Shown here one piece after another: positions 1 to 12,678 of a stretch of DNA of 64,000 nt. The translations under genes and the position numbers were made by a program. Location of the stretch: NCBI RefSeq assembly GCF_006345805.1, contig NC_042998.1, forward strand, positions 192,386,001-192,450,000, in the 5' to 3' direction. The DNA comes from Octopus sinensis. Its lineage: Eukaryota. Every line of letters starts with the position of its first letter. The stretch's first letter is position 1. The notes under the pieces are model-generated. The model saw only the letters and a list, made by a program, of their open reading frames with translations, was not told where the DNA came from and did not search any database.

Positions 1-494
1 AGAAGAATTTATGCAAAACAGGGTCAAAGATTAGCAAATGGTAACGTAGAATATGAATTTCATAGTCACCTAAAGTTTCAGGAACACAAGGCAATTGGAG
101 AGTAACATAAAGGAAATTGACCCCAACAGATGAAGTAACGTGAGTTCATAGTTTCTTGACCCAGTACACTAAAATGGAACGACAATACGATATCGCTTTT
201 AGATAAAACGTCCCTACCTAAAATTTTATCATCATCATCATCATCATCGTTTAGCGTCCGCTTTCCATGCTAGCATGATATAGCGTTATTGAGGAGAAAA
301 ATAAAATAATACGTAATGATGATAAACTGTTGAAAGGTGAGATAATAATATGTATATATATGTGTGTGTGTGTGTGTGCGTGTACATATATATGTATGTA
401 TGTATATATATATGTATAATATCTGTAAGTCGATGATTGATATGAATCTGTTCCTCCATTTTCTTATTTGTATTATGTATATGTATATATATAT

Positions 495-529
<35 letters not shown>

Positions 530-541
530 TGTGTATGTATG

Positions 542-614
<73 letters not shown>

Positions 615-978
615 TTTAAGTTGCTGTTCGACTATAACGCTTGTGACGAAAGTTCTTCAGATCAAAGAAATATCAACAAAACATCTTAGAACGAACTTTT
701 AATTGTACAGACATATTTCTCCCCTATTAAGGTGAATATATGTCCTACGCTTCGTCACACAGACGTGTGCGGCGCGTACATACACACATAGATATTCTGA
801 AAGAAATACACGTAAGTAGAAGCAGCACTCTTATATTCACGATTATTCGCTCACATATACACCCTATACGCACATATAAGTATACATTCATACGTGTACA
901 AATAAATGCATACCTGCAAATGCAATCACACTCCTAAACACAATCTTGAAAGCTAATTTAAGCAAGAAGTGATCACAG

Positions 979-1021
<43 letters not shown>

Positions 1022-1033
1022 AATATACATACA

Positions 1034-1098
<65 letters not shown>

Positions 1099-1136
1099 CT
1101 GTCCGACGAACGGCAACGGGAAACTCAGAGTAACAG
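1099..1136 (+). ncRNA. Minimal type I hammerhead-like motif (variant or degenerate core)
   Basis: Stem I CTGT/ACAG; core CCGACGA (U4->C); stem II (a)CG-GCAA-CG(g) with a GNRA loop; GAAA; stem III CTC-a-GAG; GTA triplet. Lies in a ~146-bp unit (1098-1243) flanked by (TA)n on both sides. Confidence 0.55.
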
Positions 1137-1242
1137 GTTTTGTTGAATTTTCTGCTGCTTTAAATAAAGCATATTACTCTACCACTGGTATTTGAGTACT
1201 CTTTTTTCCACCTTGTTTCATATTTATGTGTTTACTCCGGTG

Positions 1243-1299
<57 letters not shown>

Positions 1300-3107
1300 G
1301 TTCAATAGTGGTAGGATCAAAAATAGATTGTACTCCATCCAGTGAGAGATAATATCAATTTAAATACAAAACTCAGGAATTGAAAAATTATTTTATGTTT
1401 CGATCCTACGCTCTTCCACGAAAAGGAACACAGAAAGAAACAAGGAGAGAAACAAGATATATATGACGGAGATTTGGTTGCTATTTCTAGCAGGTAGTGA
1501 GATTATACTGACGCTACCGCGTTGGTTTGATAAATTGATAAGAAGAGATGTTTCTTGTAACCTGAAATATGCCAAGTTAAATAATTATTTCCGCAGACCA
1601 ACGCATCACTTCCGTTGCTTTTGCTTATTTGTAAAGAATGCTGAACATTTATTCCCGCATTGCATATCCAGTGTGTTTATCACTTTACATTGTGTATACT
1701 TCTTGTTTTAATGATGAATAAAATAATTATTACTAAAATATATTTTATTAAAAATAAAATAAAATATTAGAAAATCCAATACAAATACATTTCCATGTTA
1801 CCTTTATTAAGTGATTTTACATACTTTTGAAACCTTTTTCGTAGGTTTTCAATGTTCATCACGATGTACAATCGAAACAAGCAATCAGAGTATGCTTAGA
1901 AGCGAAAGCTTCGAAGAAATATTTATTTGCAGGATTTCTTTGTAACCGTAGTTTTATTTATTTTGAAGGTTCTGTGATAATTTCTAATGGTGAAAAAAAA
2001 AATTAAAACCATGTATTACAAACGTAGGAGAAAGAATATTGTGTCGTAAAATTTCATTATAAGATAAGGAGAATTCTCCCAGCATATATAAACTGAAATA
2101 CATAAATTGTTGTGAGGTGACTTATGGTCTACATTTATAGAAGCTGCGTTGCACAATGGGACAGCGTGATCATCCATAGTGGAATCTTTTTGCTTTCTGG
2201 TACAGGCTGAATAAGCAATAATTAGTATAATTCATTTACATAATCTTGACTTCTGTTTGTGGTGAAACGTGTAAGAGGGAATATCAATGAAGCTATAATG
2301 CAGAGTTTCTTTGGCTACAAATCAGTGGTCATATGGAAATGTATATTATGTCGCGCCGTTTGTATATTGGGTATTCCTTTTATTGAAGTGTTCCAAGTTA
2401 TTTCTTCAAAAATAATGAAGACTTTAAATTAATAGATTTCTTTCCAATACAAAACTTTTGTAATACCTACATCATATATTTGTAGTTTCAGTATACTACA
2501 AATTCTGAAAATGGAGGAAAGAACTTATTGAATAAATCACTTAAACGCCATTGTTTATCTTGTAAACATAGAAAGTAATCATCAAAAACTAATTTTCAAT
2601 ATTATGTTCAGTACACAAATTCCTAATTTCTCGTATATGTAAACAGACTAACCTCAATCTAAATAACGCAGAACATAAATGTTACAAATTAATTGATGAT
2701 GTACATTAGAATCATTAATTCGAGACATAAAGGAAAATCATTCATGCTAATTTATCGAGCGACAGACGTTACCGATTTTATAATAGCCAAATTATAGTTT
2801 CTAAGAAAAAAGGAACTAGGTACGGTGATCGGTAGTTCAGCATCCCTAAGCGAAAGATGTACGTTTTGGTTCCTGTAGGTGGCTATTTTTGTTTCTTTTT
2901 TTTTATGATTATAAATTCTCTTTTCTTCTACAGATTTTAATAGACAACATATTTTACATATTTTCTGTTTCTAAACAGAGACGGATATTTTAATTTTGCA
3001 GATAATTCACAAATCCATGCATATTGTGGGCAGAAGACTTATTTACTATATGAAATAAAGTGAAGTACGCTATATGACCCACTGTCTTACCGATTTTTCT
3101 TACTACT

Positions 3108-3285
3108 ATGAAGCACATAGATGAGTTTATGGTGAGGTGTGAAAGGGAGAATTGGGAGGTGAAAGATATAAGAATGAGCGATGAATTCGTGGAAAATATG
3201 GATGAGTATTTCGGAGTAAGAATGGATATGGAATTTATTCGTATTGGCAAAGAACATTCAAGTGACGATGAAAAACAAAGGACAG
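3108..3285 (+). CDS. Candidate host-gene coding exon (acidic 59-aa segment, unknown protein)
   Basis: Non-repetitive purine-rich frame MKHIDEFMVRCERENWEVKD...DDEKQRT ending at a perfect CAG|GTAAGT donor (3285/3286, phase 1). Polypyrimidine acceptors lie upstream (2933, 3001). In-frame stop at 3075. No recognisable domain. Confidence 0.45.
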
Positions 3286-4022
3286 GTAAGTGATGCTAAC
3301 GGACGGGGCCGTTGGTATCGCTTTCATAATATCATTTTCTTTCATTTAACAATTCATTTTTCATAAATTTTAATTATAATGTTCTATGTCCCCATGTCTC
3401 TTGGTGTCCCCCTCTGTGTCGCCCCTAGTGGGTAATAAAGAATCAACTACTATGAAGCACAAAAGTTACTTTAATAATATTTTAACTTCATAAACTTGAG
3501 ATCCTGAGGCATGGAGATTGGTGTTGAAGGCAAATGCAACTAACTAAATTCGAGGATCAGAGCTCATTATACAGAAAGGCAAAAAAGACTTGAGTGAGAA
3601 GATCATATTTATAAGACAGATGTTTGGTCTGTTAATGAATGACCAAGTGACAATTAGTTGGGCGGTCGAGTTTTGTAGTCCTGAAGTCTGTGTGTATATT
3701 GCAGTAGAGAGAAATTGTGTGACAGTCATTTCTTTATCATCAGGCGGCAAATGAACCGTAAAATTAAAAGAATGTGAAATCTACTATCGAACTTGTCTGA
3801 CAATGTTTGCTACTGCTTCCGTGTCAGGATTACAGAGCCTACTTTGAACATATAAAGAGCAAAACAAAATTTTACATAACTGATTCTGAAGCCATTTGAT
3901 ATAAATAATCTCACATTAATTGCATGTCATTGTAAAATTGTTTACTTAATTCTTCATTAAGAATACATTGATGAAATATTTTCATTAAAAATATTCATTT
4001 TTAATATTTGTGTAACAAAGAC

Positions 4023-4590
4023 GGCAAGCTGACAAACTCTTTAGCACGCCGGCAAAATGCTTAGAGGTATTTCGTCCGTCTTTACGTTCTGAGTTCAAAT
4101 TCTGCCAGGGTCGTCTTTGCCTTTCGAGCTCATTGAAATAAGTACCAGTTGAGCACTGGAGTCGATGTAATTGGCTAGTCCCCTCGGGTTTAAAAAAAGG
4201 CGGCCAGTTGGCAGAAACGTTAGCTTGCCGGGCGAAATGCTAAGCGGGATTTCGTCTGCCGCTACGTTCTGAGTTCAAATTCCGCCGAGGTCGACTTTGC
4301 CTTTCATCCTTTCGGGGTCGATTAAATAAATACCAGTTACGCACTGGGGTAGATATAATCGACTTAATCCCTTTGTCCTTGTTTGTCTTCTCTGTGTTTA
4401 GCCCCTTGTGGGTAGTAAAGAAATAAGTATTTCGTCTACCGTTACGTTGTGAGTTCAAATTCCGCCGAGGTCGACTTTGCCTTTCATCACTTTGAGGGTC
4501 GATAAGATAAGTAGCAGTGGAGCATTGGGGTCGATGTAATCGACTTACCCCCACCTCCGAAATTCCTGGCCTTGGGATAAAATCTGAAAT
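4023..4590 (+). mobile_element. Older SINE followed by a composite family A SINE
   Basis: Two heads (4023, 4199); the second copy has two body units. Confidence 0.8.
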
Positions 4591-6649
4591 CACTACGGTC
4601 CTTGTCAACTTAGATTACGCTACTTTAAGCTTGAAATCAGTCACTGATTTCTGGCTTAAACATTTTGCAATTACTGTTTTACCATACACCACAAACACAG
4701 AAAGCCGTCTTGTATGATAAGTTTTAACAAATCTCTACAGGAAATGATTTATTTCTGCACATTAATAACTTACACATGTCAATCACATTTTGTTGGCGGT
4801 GCTGATAATTACATTCCATTACACAACTTGAAAATACATTATGGTACAACTTCAGAAGGATGATTTCACTTTCTCAATAATATTTATCTTAATTTTAAAA
4901 CACTTATAAGGAAAAGTAGATCTTCGATATTTCTCAGAATATTAAATTTCTTCGTGCAATTCTTGATAAGATTTGAGATGAAACGAATAGTCTACCAGTG
5001 GAGTCATCATGCATTCCTAACCAGATTGCTGAACCAATTCATTACATGCTAATAAGTAGTTAGCTATTTTATAGACACAATTAACCTCATTAGTCCGAAA
5101 ACTAGCATACGTCAAAGATTTTTTTAGTTTAGGCTTCTTTATTTTTACGGCGTTTGCTTTTTATCATTATATTAGTTTCTATAATTTGCTTCGATTTCAA
5201 GAATCTTTATTTCAACACAGCTTGTTGCTGGGTTACAAATATAATGAAACACCACGCAGTGCTATTGGTTTCTTTTACTTGGGCAAATAAAAGAGATAAA
5301 ATTATGTTGTTGTTGTTTTTTTTCTTCCTTTTTTGTTTTATTATTTTTTCCTTTTCCTGTCGTTATATTAGACGGTTATAAGAAATTCTGTATTGATTAT
5401 TCGCTGCCACAAAATTGATGATAAAATCAAATGTTTCAAAGAGGCAAGCCTATCAAGGATCAATGTTTTTGCCGACCTACTGCCGTTATATTGCTTTTTC
5501 CCAAATCTAAAGAATTTATCTGTTTATTTATATTTTTAGCCTCTGCTATCTCTACTCAAATATATATTTTTTCAAAAATGCATTTTTGTACTTTTGTCTA
5601 TGAATGGTTCACAGAAATGCTTTAGTCACAGAGTTCTGCAGCATTCATTCTATTGCCAATTTTCAGCTGATGCTTATTTACCAATCAGAATGAAATCGAA
5701 CGAATACAATATTAGTGTCCATGTTATTTTGATAAAAATTCTATCTGAATGCTTAATAAATTCGTACACTTCCTCTAACCTAGCTTACAAAGATTTGAGT
5801 GGTTGGAAGGGAAACATTGATTTTTTCCATAGTAGTGAATAGAACTCTGGTTATATTATATTTTATCATTTATCTAAATAAATGAGAACGTAGCATTATA
5901 TAAATTTATTGTTGAAAAGAGACAATACATGTTCCTGTTTTATGTTTCAAGTAACTTTTTTATCCAAATTAATCAGACGTATCTATATTTACATTCAGGT
6001 TTTGTGCATGTTAGTAGAAATATACTTGATTTTGTTAAAAGTGTATAGACATTCCTAAATTGTATGATTATAATTTACTTTTCACTCATATTGAATACGT
6101 TCTACATAAAGGCATTATTTTTTGCATTGACTATTGGAAAAAATACTTTATATTTCGTAAGTGACATTCAATCATTTGTTTCACATATTGTACGTTTGCC
6201 GAAATAATGTCAAGTATATTCAATGCAATACATAAAAACACATTTTATATATTTCTCTCCATTTTAACATCCTTTGTCCCCAAATGAAAATAATACACAC
6301 CTGTACATAAGCAATCGTGTTTATAACAAATAGACCTTAAACTAAGGAAGGTTCTACGTGGTCATTCCACCGAATAGAAATTACAGCGAACTCTCCATCA
6401 AAACACAACCTCCAATCTTTAAGAATGGTAAGTACATATTAGCTAATGAAGTCCTGCATATCCCTAAAAGTCGAGATGGTCATATTTGAAGTGTATTTTA
6501 TTGTAGTTCTGATCTGTTGTTTGAGTACGGTATCAATGTACAGAGGTATCTGTCAATGGATGAACAGCTCTTTTTCAGATCTACAGAACTACTTAGAAGT
6601 TTACCAAGGTGTGACGAGGTGACAACCACATCGATTCTATAATGTTTTG

Positions 6650-6950
6650 TCTCTTACAGCAGAGTTGTATACATTTTTGTCTTGCAATCATAAGTTAATG
6701 ATTTCTAAAAGAATGAAGCAGCAACACATGAGACACTGACACCGTGATCTATGAAAGACTTTATTAGCAGCCTGTGCCTTGGTGAAGGAAACTAAACCAG
6801 TGATGTCAGAGAGACAGCATCAGTGGTTTAAGTCACCGTACCTCCAGCATGTGACTATATCATCCACTTATAGATAACTGGAAAAATATGAGGCCAGAGT
6901 TAGAATGTTCCTGACCACAGGTTTGTTCAGTTGAGGTTAACCTGGACCTA
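6650..6950 (+). pseudogene. Highly decayed RTE-like fragment
   Basis: Only faint motifs: ctaaaagaatgaagca (~LERNEA) and cagagagacagcatcagtggtttaagtcac (~RERxLxWFGH). Confidence 0.3.
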
Positions 6951-6959
6951 AACAACAAT

Positions 6960-7216
6960 ATTAACTACTACTACTTCTACTACTACTACTACTACTAATA
7001 ATAATAATAATAATAATAATACCACTACTACTATTATTACTACTGCTACCGTTGCTACTACTACTACTACTACTACAACAACTACTACTACTACTGCTAC
7101 CGTTGCTAATACTACTACTACTACGACTACCGTTGCTATTACTACTGGTGCTGCTACACTTACTGCTGCTATTGCTATCGCTATCACCACTACTACTACT
7201 ACAACTAATAATAATA
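6960..7216. repeat. (ACT/AAT/GCT)n compound tract
   Basis: Directly visible. Confidence 0.95.
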
Positions 7217-7616
7217 ATTCTTTCTACTGGGAGCACAAGGCCTCAAATTTTGAGGGAAGGGATTAAGCCGATTACATCGACCCCATTGCGTAATTGGTAC
7301 TTATTTAATTGACCCCGAAATGATAAAAAGCAAAGTCGACCTCGGCGGAAATTGAACTCAGAACGTAAAGAAGGACGAAATACATATTCTTTACTACCCA
7401 CAAGTGACTAAACACAGAGAGGACAAACAAGGACAGACAAACGGATTAAGTCGATTATATCGACCCCACTGCGTAACTGGTACTTATTTAATCGACCCCG
7501 AAAGGATGAAAGGCAAAGTCGACCTCGGCGGAATTTGAACTCAGAACGTAGCGGCAGACGAAATATCGCTAAGCATTTCGCCCAACGTGCTAACGTTTCT
7601 GCCAGCTCGCCGCCTT
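7217..7616 (-). mobile_element. Composite SINE (unit plus alternative 3' tail)
   Basis: Head, 184-bp unit, then a unit ending CCTTGTGCTCCCAGTAGAAAGAAT(TA)n on the minus strand. Confidence 0.85.
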
Positions 7617-7686
7617 CCAAAACAGAATTATTATTAAATTCTACCATAGTAATGAGTACCGTTTCTTCCGATTGTCTATACTAAAC

Positions 7687-7730
<44 letters not shown>

Positions 7731-7732
<2 letters not shown>

Positions 7733-8285
7733 GCCCTGATACTGTACCAGGCAGTGGCTCTCCTGGCTTCTGATCTTGACTGATTGGAAGTATTATCATG
7801 TACATTGTTTTGTTTTGGTATAAAAGATGGGCTACAGCAAATATTCTGCTTAATACCACATATTTGCTTGTCAGTTGTTTGACCTTAACCAGTTGACCAT
7901 GTCCCTTAGTGGCTGACGATATGTGCATCTCTGATCATGAGCAGAAGTAGTGGTGGAGCATCATAGCCATGTGTTGAGAGGGATTCTTTGGGGTTTGAAT
8001 AATTCACCCCTGAAACATGGGTCTTTCGTTCAACATCCTTAAACAACACTTATTCAAGGACCTTTTGAGCGATATGGGTTACTCGACCAGAAGAAAATTC
8101 TAACTGGGCCTCACTTGCAAGGTCATGCGCTGTTTATCTTGATATGAGATCACCATGTCGCGCACATATGGTTGTGATGCATGTGCCTAGTGTACCCTTA
8201 TCAGACGGGAGGTCATGATGGGTATACTGGACTTCATATATTTTACCCCAGTGTCACTTTGATGGCATGCACTGCTCTCTCACTC
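7731..8285. mobile_element. ~555-bp non-coding interspersed-repeat-like segment bounded by (TAA)n tracts
   Basis: GC content above background and sharp (TAA)n borders at 7689-7730 and 8286-8324. No coding motif recognised. Confidence 0.45.
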
Positions 8286-8324
<39 letters not shown>

Positions 8325-9384
8325 CCAGATAGCAGCAAAACACGAGCAAAACAAAAAACTGTTCTCAGTATTTAAGGAAGCTGACAAATACAAACAAGAA
8401 ATCATACCACCTAATAAACACAAAGAAGAAGAAGAAGATGATGAAGAAACAACAAAAGCTATAAAACAAATGAAATCCAAACTAAAAATAGAACAGCAAC
8501 GAGCCATGATAAAACGATGGCAAGAAAAGCCCCTTCATGGTAAATACTGCACTAAACTAAACGCAAAAGAAATAGACAAAGAAAAATCCCAGCAATGGGT
8601 GAGAAGCTCAGGACTCAAAGCAGAAACAGAGGGATTTTTAATTGCAGCACAAGACCAAAGCCTCCCCACCAGAAATTACCAAAAACATGTAATGAAAAGA
8701 AATATTACAAGTAACTGCAGAATATGTGGAGATGGACAAGAAACAATAAATCATATTATTTCTAGCTGCCCAGTCCTGGCTAAGAAGGAATATATTCACA
8801 GACATGACAGAGTTGGAACCTACATACATTGGAAGCTATGCCAACATTATGGAATAACAACAGAAAAAAGATGGTATAGGCACACACCAGAAAAGGTCAC
8901 AGAAAACGAGAAAGCAACCATACTCTGGGATATGCCGATACACACAGATAGAGAAATTAAGGCCAACAGACCAGACATAGTTGTCAAAGATCATGAAGGA
9001 AAAAAATGCTTTCTAATTGATGTATCAATACCGGCAGATGACAACGTGTCTCTAAAAGAAATGGAGAAACTCTCAAAATACAAAGACCTGGAAATAGAGG
9101 TAACTAGAATGTGGAACCTGAAAACAGAAACAATTCCTATCATAGTAGGTGCATTAGGTATGATAAAAAAATATTCAGACAAATACATAACAAAAACACC
9201 AGGACTTACAAACACATATAACATACAGAAAATTGCACTACTAGGCACTGCCCACATCCTACGCAGAACACTTTCCATACAATAACCATCAGAGCATCAC
9301 AACAAATCACAGCACATACCCAAGGCACACAGAGCTGCGCTCGGTAGTGAAGTGAAAGCACGCTATAAAAATAAAACTACTGAA
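8325..9384 (+). mobile_element. 5'-truncated R4/Dong-clade (RLE-type) non-LTR retrotransposon in a (TAA)n tract
   Basis: Stop-free frame 8326-9285 with CCHC knuckle (CRICGDGQETINHIISSC), RHD motif and PD..D restriction-like endonuclease (RPDIVV...LIDVSIP). 3'UTR ~100 bp. (TAA)n on both sides (8286-8324, 9384-9411). Confidence 0.9.
8470..9285 (+). CDS. C-terminal zinc-knuckle plus RLE endonuclease fragment of the R4/Dong ORF (no RT domain)
   Basis: ORF track 271 aa; the frame stays open upstream into the TAA repeat; motifs as above. Confidence 0.85.
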   Translation: MKSKLKIEQQRAMIKRWQEKPLHGKYCTKLNAKEIDKEKSQQWVRSSGLKAETEGFLIAAQDQSLPTRNYQKHVMKRNITSNCRICGDGQETINHIISSCPVLAKKEYIHRHDRVGTYIHWKLCQHYGITTEKRWYRHTPEKVTENEKATILWDMPIHTDREIKANRPDIVVKDHEGKKCFLIDVSIPADDNVSLKEMEKLSKYKDLEIEVTRMWNLKTETIPIIVGALGMIKKYSDKYITKTPGLTNTYNIQKIALLGTAHILRRTLSIQ

Positions 9385-10732
9385 TAATAACAATAATAAT
9401 AATAATAATAATACCAATCAACTAGAAACGGACTCCAAATATCAGTTTTTCTCAATTCGCTATTTATATGACATCCAACCAAAAACAAAAAAATAAAGAA
9501 ATGCGGTGAATTGAGAGAACCAGTAGAGTTTCAGAAAAAGTATCTTTCTCTATTGAAGTACGTCCATTTATGCTCAATCCCATTGAGTTTAAAATGGCCA
9601 TTAATCCTTCTCTTTGTGTCGATACCTTTCATGTGCAATCACAGTCCCATCACATATCTCCTTATTTCTGTGGTTTTTATTGTATTGTTCCATGTTTAAA
9701 ACTATTCTTCACAAGAATACTGAGATTGGTTGGGTTTACACCGCCATTCTCATTTAAAGAGCCAGCGACAACTACGAACAACTCCGAAGAGTTTACAAAT
9801 TTATATATATACTGAAATGCATATCTAATTTTGAACTCACGCTAGTCTCTTTCAAGTGGCATTATTTAAAGATAACAATGAACGAATCAACAATGGTACA
9901 TTTGGTATATAAATATGTGTATTCCACCATGATTTAGAATTAAAGTTTTTGTAGAGATTGTAGGATAGATGAAACAAGGTTTTCTAATATTGATTAAACT
10001 TCAAAAGTTTGAAACGCATACTTCTCACGCAAATAAACGTTAACAGTATATCTAGTGTGTCACTTTTTCCATTACAAAAACAGTGTAAACAAATTTATTA
10101 AACAACTTTCTAACTTCAAAGTGCCCTTATTTATCAATGATACCGTTTTAAGTCTATAAAATGGCTTTCAGCTTTTATGAGCTACGCATCAAACCTAATA
10201 TCTTCCTCTTTTAGCAAACATTCAAAGAAATAAATATCTTTATTTAATATATATTTCTTTTATATATCGAACGAATAAAAGAACATATTCTTTGATTTAA
10301 GAAATAATACCACGTGGCTTTAGTAACCTACTAATAAATTGTACACATCAAAACTGATCAGATTAAACGTAGATTAAAGAGTTCCAGTTAATCAGTGCCT
10401 ATTTTATATAAAACACGCAAACAAGGCTTCATATGAACCTAATAGCTATTTTGTAAGACTACATTGTACTTCCTCCTAGTTTAAGTAATTTATTGAAAAA
10501 TTATACGGAGTTTCAGAAGAAATTTGGTGCTATTTATTACATTGCAGTATAAAATTTAAACCCATTTTCTATTGTTAATTCTATTTTTTAAATCTGATAA
10601 TATATTCATGCTAATTTTTTCTACTTTTGTTGCATCCGTTTATTGACAAAGAATATAAAGAGTAATTTTTTTAAAATTCATCTGGCAAATTATAGGTAAC
10701 GCCTAAACTTTATATATGTCTTGCTAGATATT

Positions 10733-11123
10733 ATTCTTTTCTACTCTAGGCACAAGGCTCAAAATTTTCAGGGAGGGGACCAGATGATTAGATCGACCCC
10801 AGTACGCAACTGGTACTTAATTTATCGACCCCTGAAAGGACGAAAGGCAAAGTGGATCTCGACGGAATTTGAACTCAGAACATAAAGACAGACGAAGTAC
10901 CTATTTCTTTATTACTCACAAGGGGCTAAACATAGAGGGGACAAACAAGGACAGACAAACGGATTAAGTCGATTACATCGACCCCAGTGCGTAACTGGTA
11001 CTTAATTTATCGACCCCGAAAGGATGAAAGGCAAAGTCGACCTCGGCTGAATTTGAACTCAGGACGTAACGGCAGACGAAATACGGCTACGCATTTCGCC
11101 CGGAGTGCCAACCTTTCTGCCTT
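10733..11123 (-). mobile_element. Composite SINE (unit plus alternative 3' tail)
   Basis: Same architecture as 7217-7616. Confidence 0.85.
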
Positions 11124-12438
11124 ATAATTTTACATATATTACGCACATATTGCTGCTGCTCAGTCCTACATAAAGCCAATAATGAAAGACATTCTAGCTA
11201 TAACCATTTCTTTGTTTAGGTGCATGAGAAAGTGCATTATCTTAGGTGTCCTACCCTTTTGTAAAGCAGTGAGTATGGTTTGAAGAAACATTGGTTCCTA
11301 TTTCCAGAATTTAGAACGATTACGTTGCAGCTTCCTTTCGTATTTTGTCTTGCCACGAAATTGTTATATCAACGAATAATCAAAACTTGGCCCTTAGTGT
11401 CTTTCTTATGACTCAAACATATTAAATATTTTCATATCTATTCCCGCACTCAAGTGCTGTGCCTTTTCATTCGTACTCAACAAGTGAGAGACGAGTCTTA
11501 CTCTGGACCGGTGATCATCAGCCACCACCGGACCCACCACTCCGGACATACAAGCAAATGCTGGATGTCAGCTGTGTGTGTGCGCGCGCGCGTGCATGTG
11601 TTTGTATATGTATATATATATATATTGTTTTAACTGTATAGTAAAAGAGAGATCATCAGCATACATTACTAGTGAAAGATTTATGACTAATTATTTTTAT
11701 ATTACTAGGCATAAATATAATGATGAGATTGATATATATTTCTTACATATAACTATAATTGATATAGACAGCTAATTTCAGATGAGCAAGCTCACAAAAC
11801 CAAATGTTTATGAGGAATATTCTATAGCCAATAAAATTAATCCATGCACCTTAATGGTACTTATTCTATCACCTTTAGAGTAATAACAGGTGATGTCACA
11901 CCTTACAATAGTTAGGCATAGAGACTTCAGAATAGATCTTTGTGAATTTCAATCATCTTTACATCCCCATCTCAGTAATATATGGATAATAGATTAACTA
12001 CTTACAGTGGAATTAAATAGACGATTCACTATGGAATTATCAAATAAACAATTAATTTCCAAAGAAATAATTTAGTTAGAGAATTTCTCGCAATAATGTA
12101 TGTCCAGAAAAAAATCCTGATTCTGTTGTTATGTGTGCAAGTGTTTGTGCTGATATTAAGAGATTGACAAGAGTTATTGTGTATGGTACCAGTGAACTGA
12201 AGTCCCTTCCTTATTCGTGGTAGATGTGCAACACGGACCTTTTACAAACTTCATATAAAAGTTCGTGAATGCCTTCATAAGAGACGTGTGAGACAAAGTC
12301 CGAAAGTCAACCGGTTCATCGTAGACAAGGGATTTTGAGAGGAACCGAAGATTTGAACATTGAGGCAATCGCACACAAGTAGTCTTTCATTATGCTCGGA
12401 TACTTCAGTGAAAAAGATGCTAAATGGTGAGCTTGTAT

Positions 12439-12678
12439 AAGGCGTCAAGCTGGCAGAAACGTTAGCACGCCGGGCGAAATGCTTAGCGGTATTTTGTCTG
12501 TCGTTACGTTCTGAGTTCAAATTCCGCCGGGGTCGATTTTGCCTTTCATCCTTTCGGAGTCGATAAATAAAAGTACCAGTTTCGCACTGGGGTCGATGTA
12601 ATCGACTTAATCCCTTTGTCTGTCCTTGTTTGTCCTCTCTATGTTTAGCCCCTTGTGGGCAATAAAGAAATATATATA
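12439..12678 (+). mobile_element. SINE family A monomer
   Basis: Head GGCGTCAAGCTGGCAGAAACGTTAGC, B-box-like GAGTTCAAATTCC; 12-bp TSD GTGAGCTTGTAT (12427-38, 12679-90). Confidence 0.9.

Noticed and set aside
364-702. Numerous long ORFs of YI/CV/HT/poly-V/T/L/S composition (also 18-19, 30, 34, 36, 38-39, 42-47 and 59-63 kb)
   Set aside because: Translations of di- and trinucleotide microsatellites; no coding signal.
1590-1625. ETS-like CACTTCCG motif as a promoter
   Set aside because: A single short motif with no CpG-rich or other supporting promoter context.
4240-4608. Recurrent ORFs with DERQSRPRRNLNSER / DPERMKGKVDLGGI peptides
   Set aside because: Antisense or sense readings of SINE bodies, not genes.
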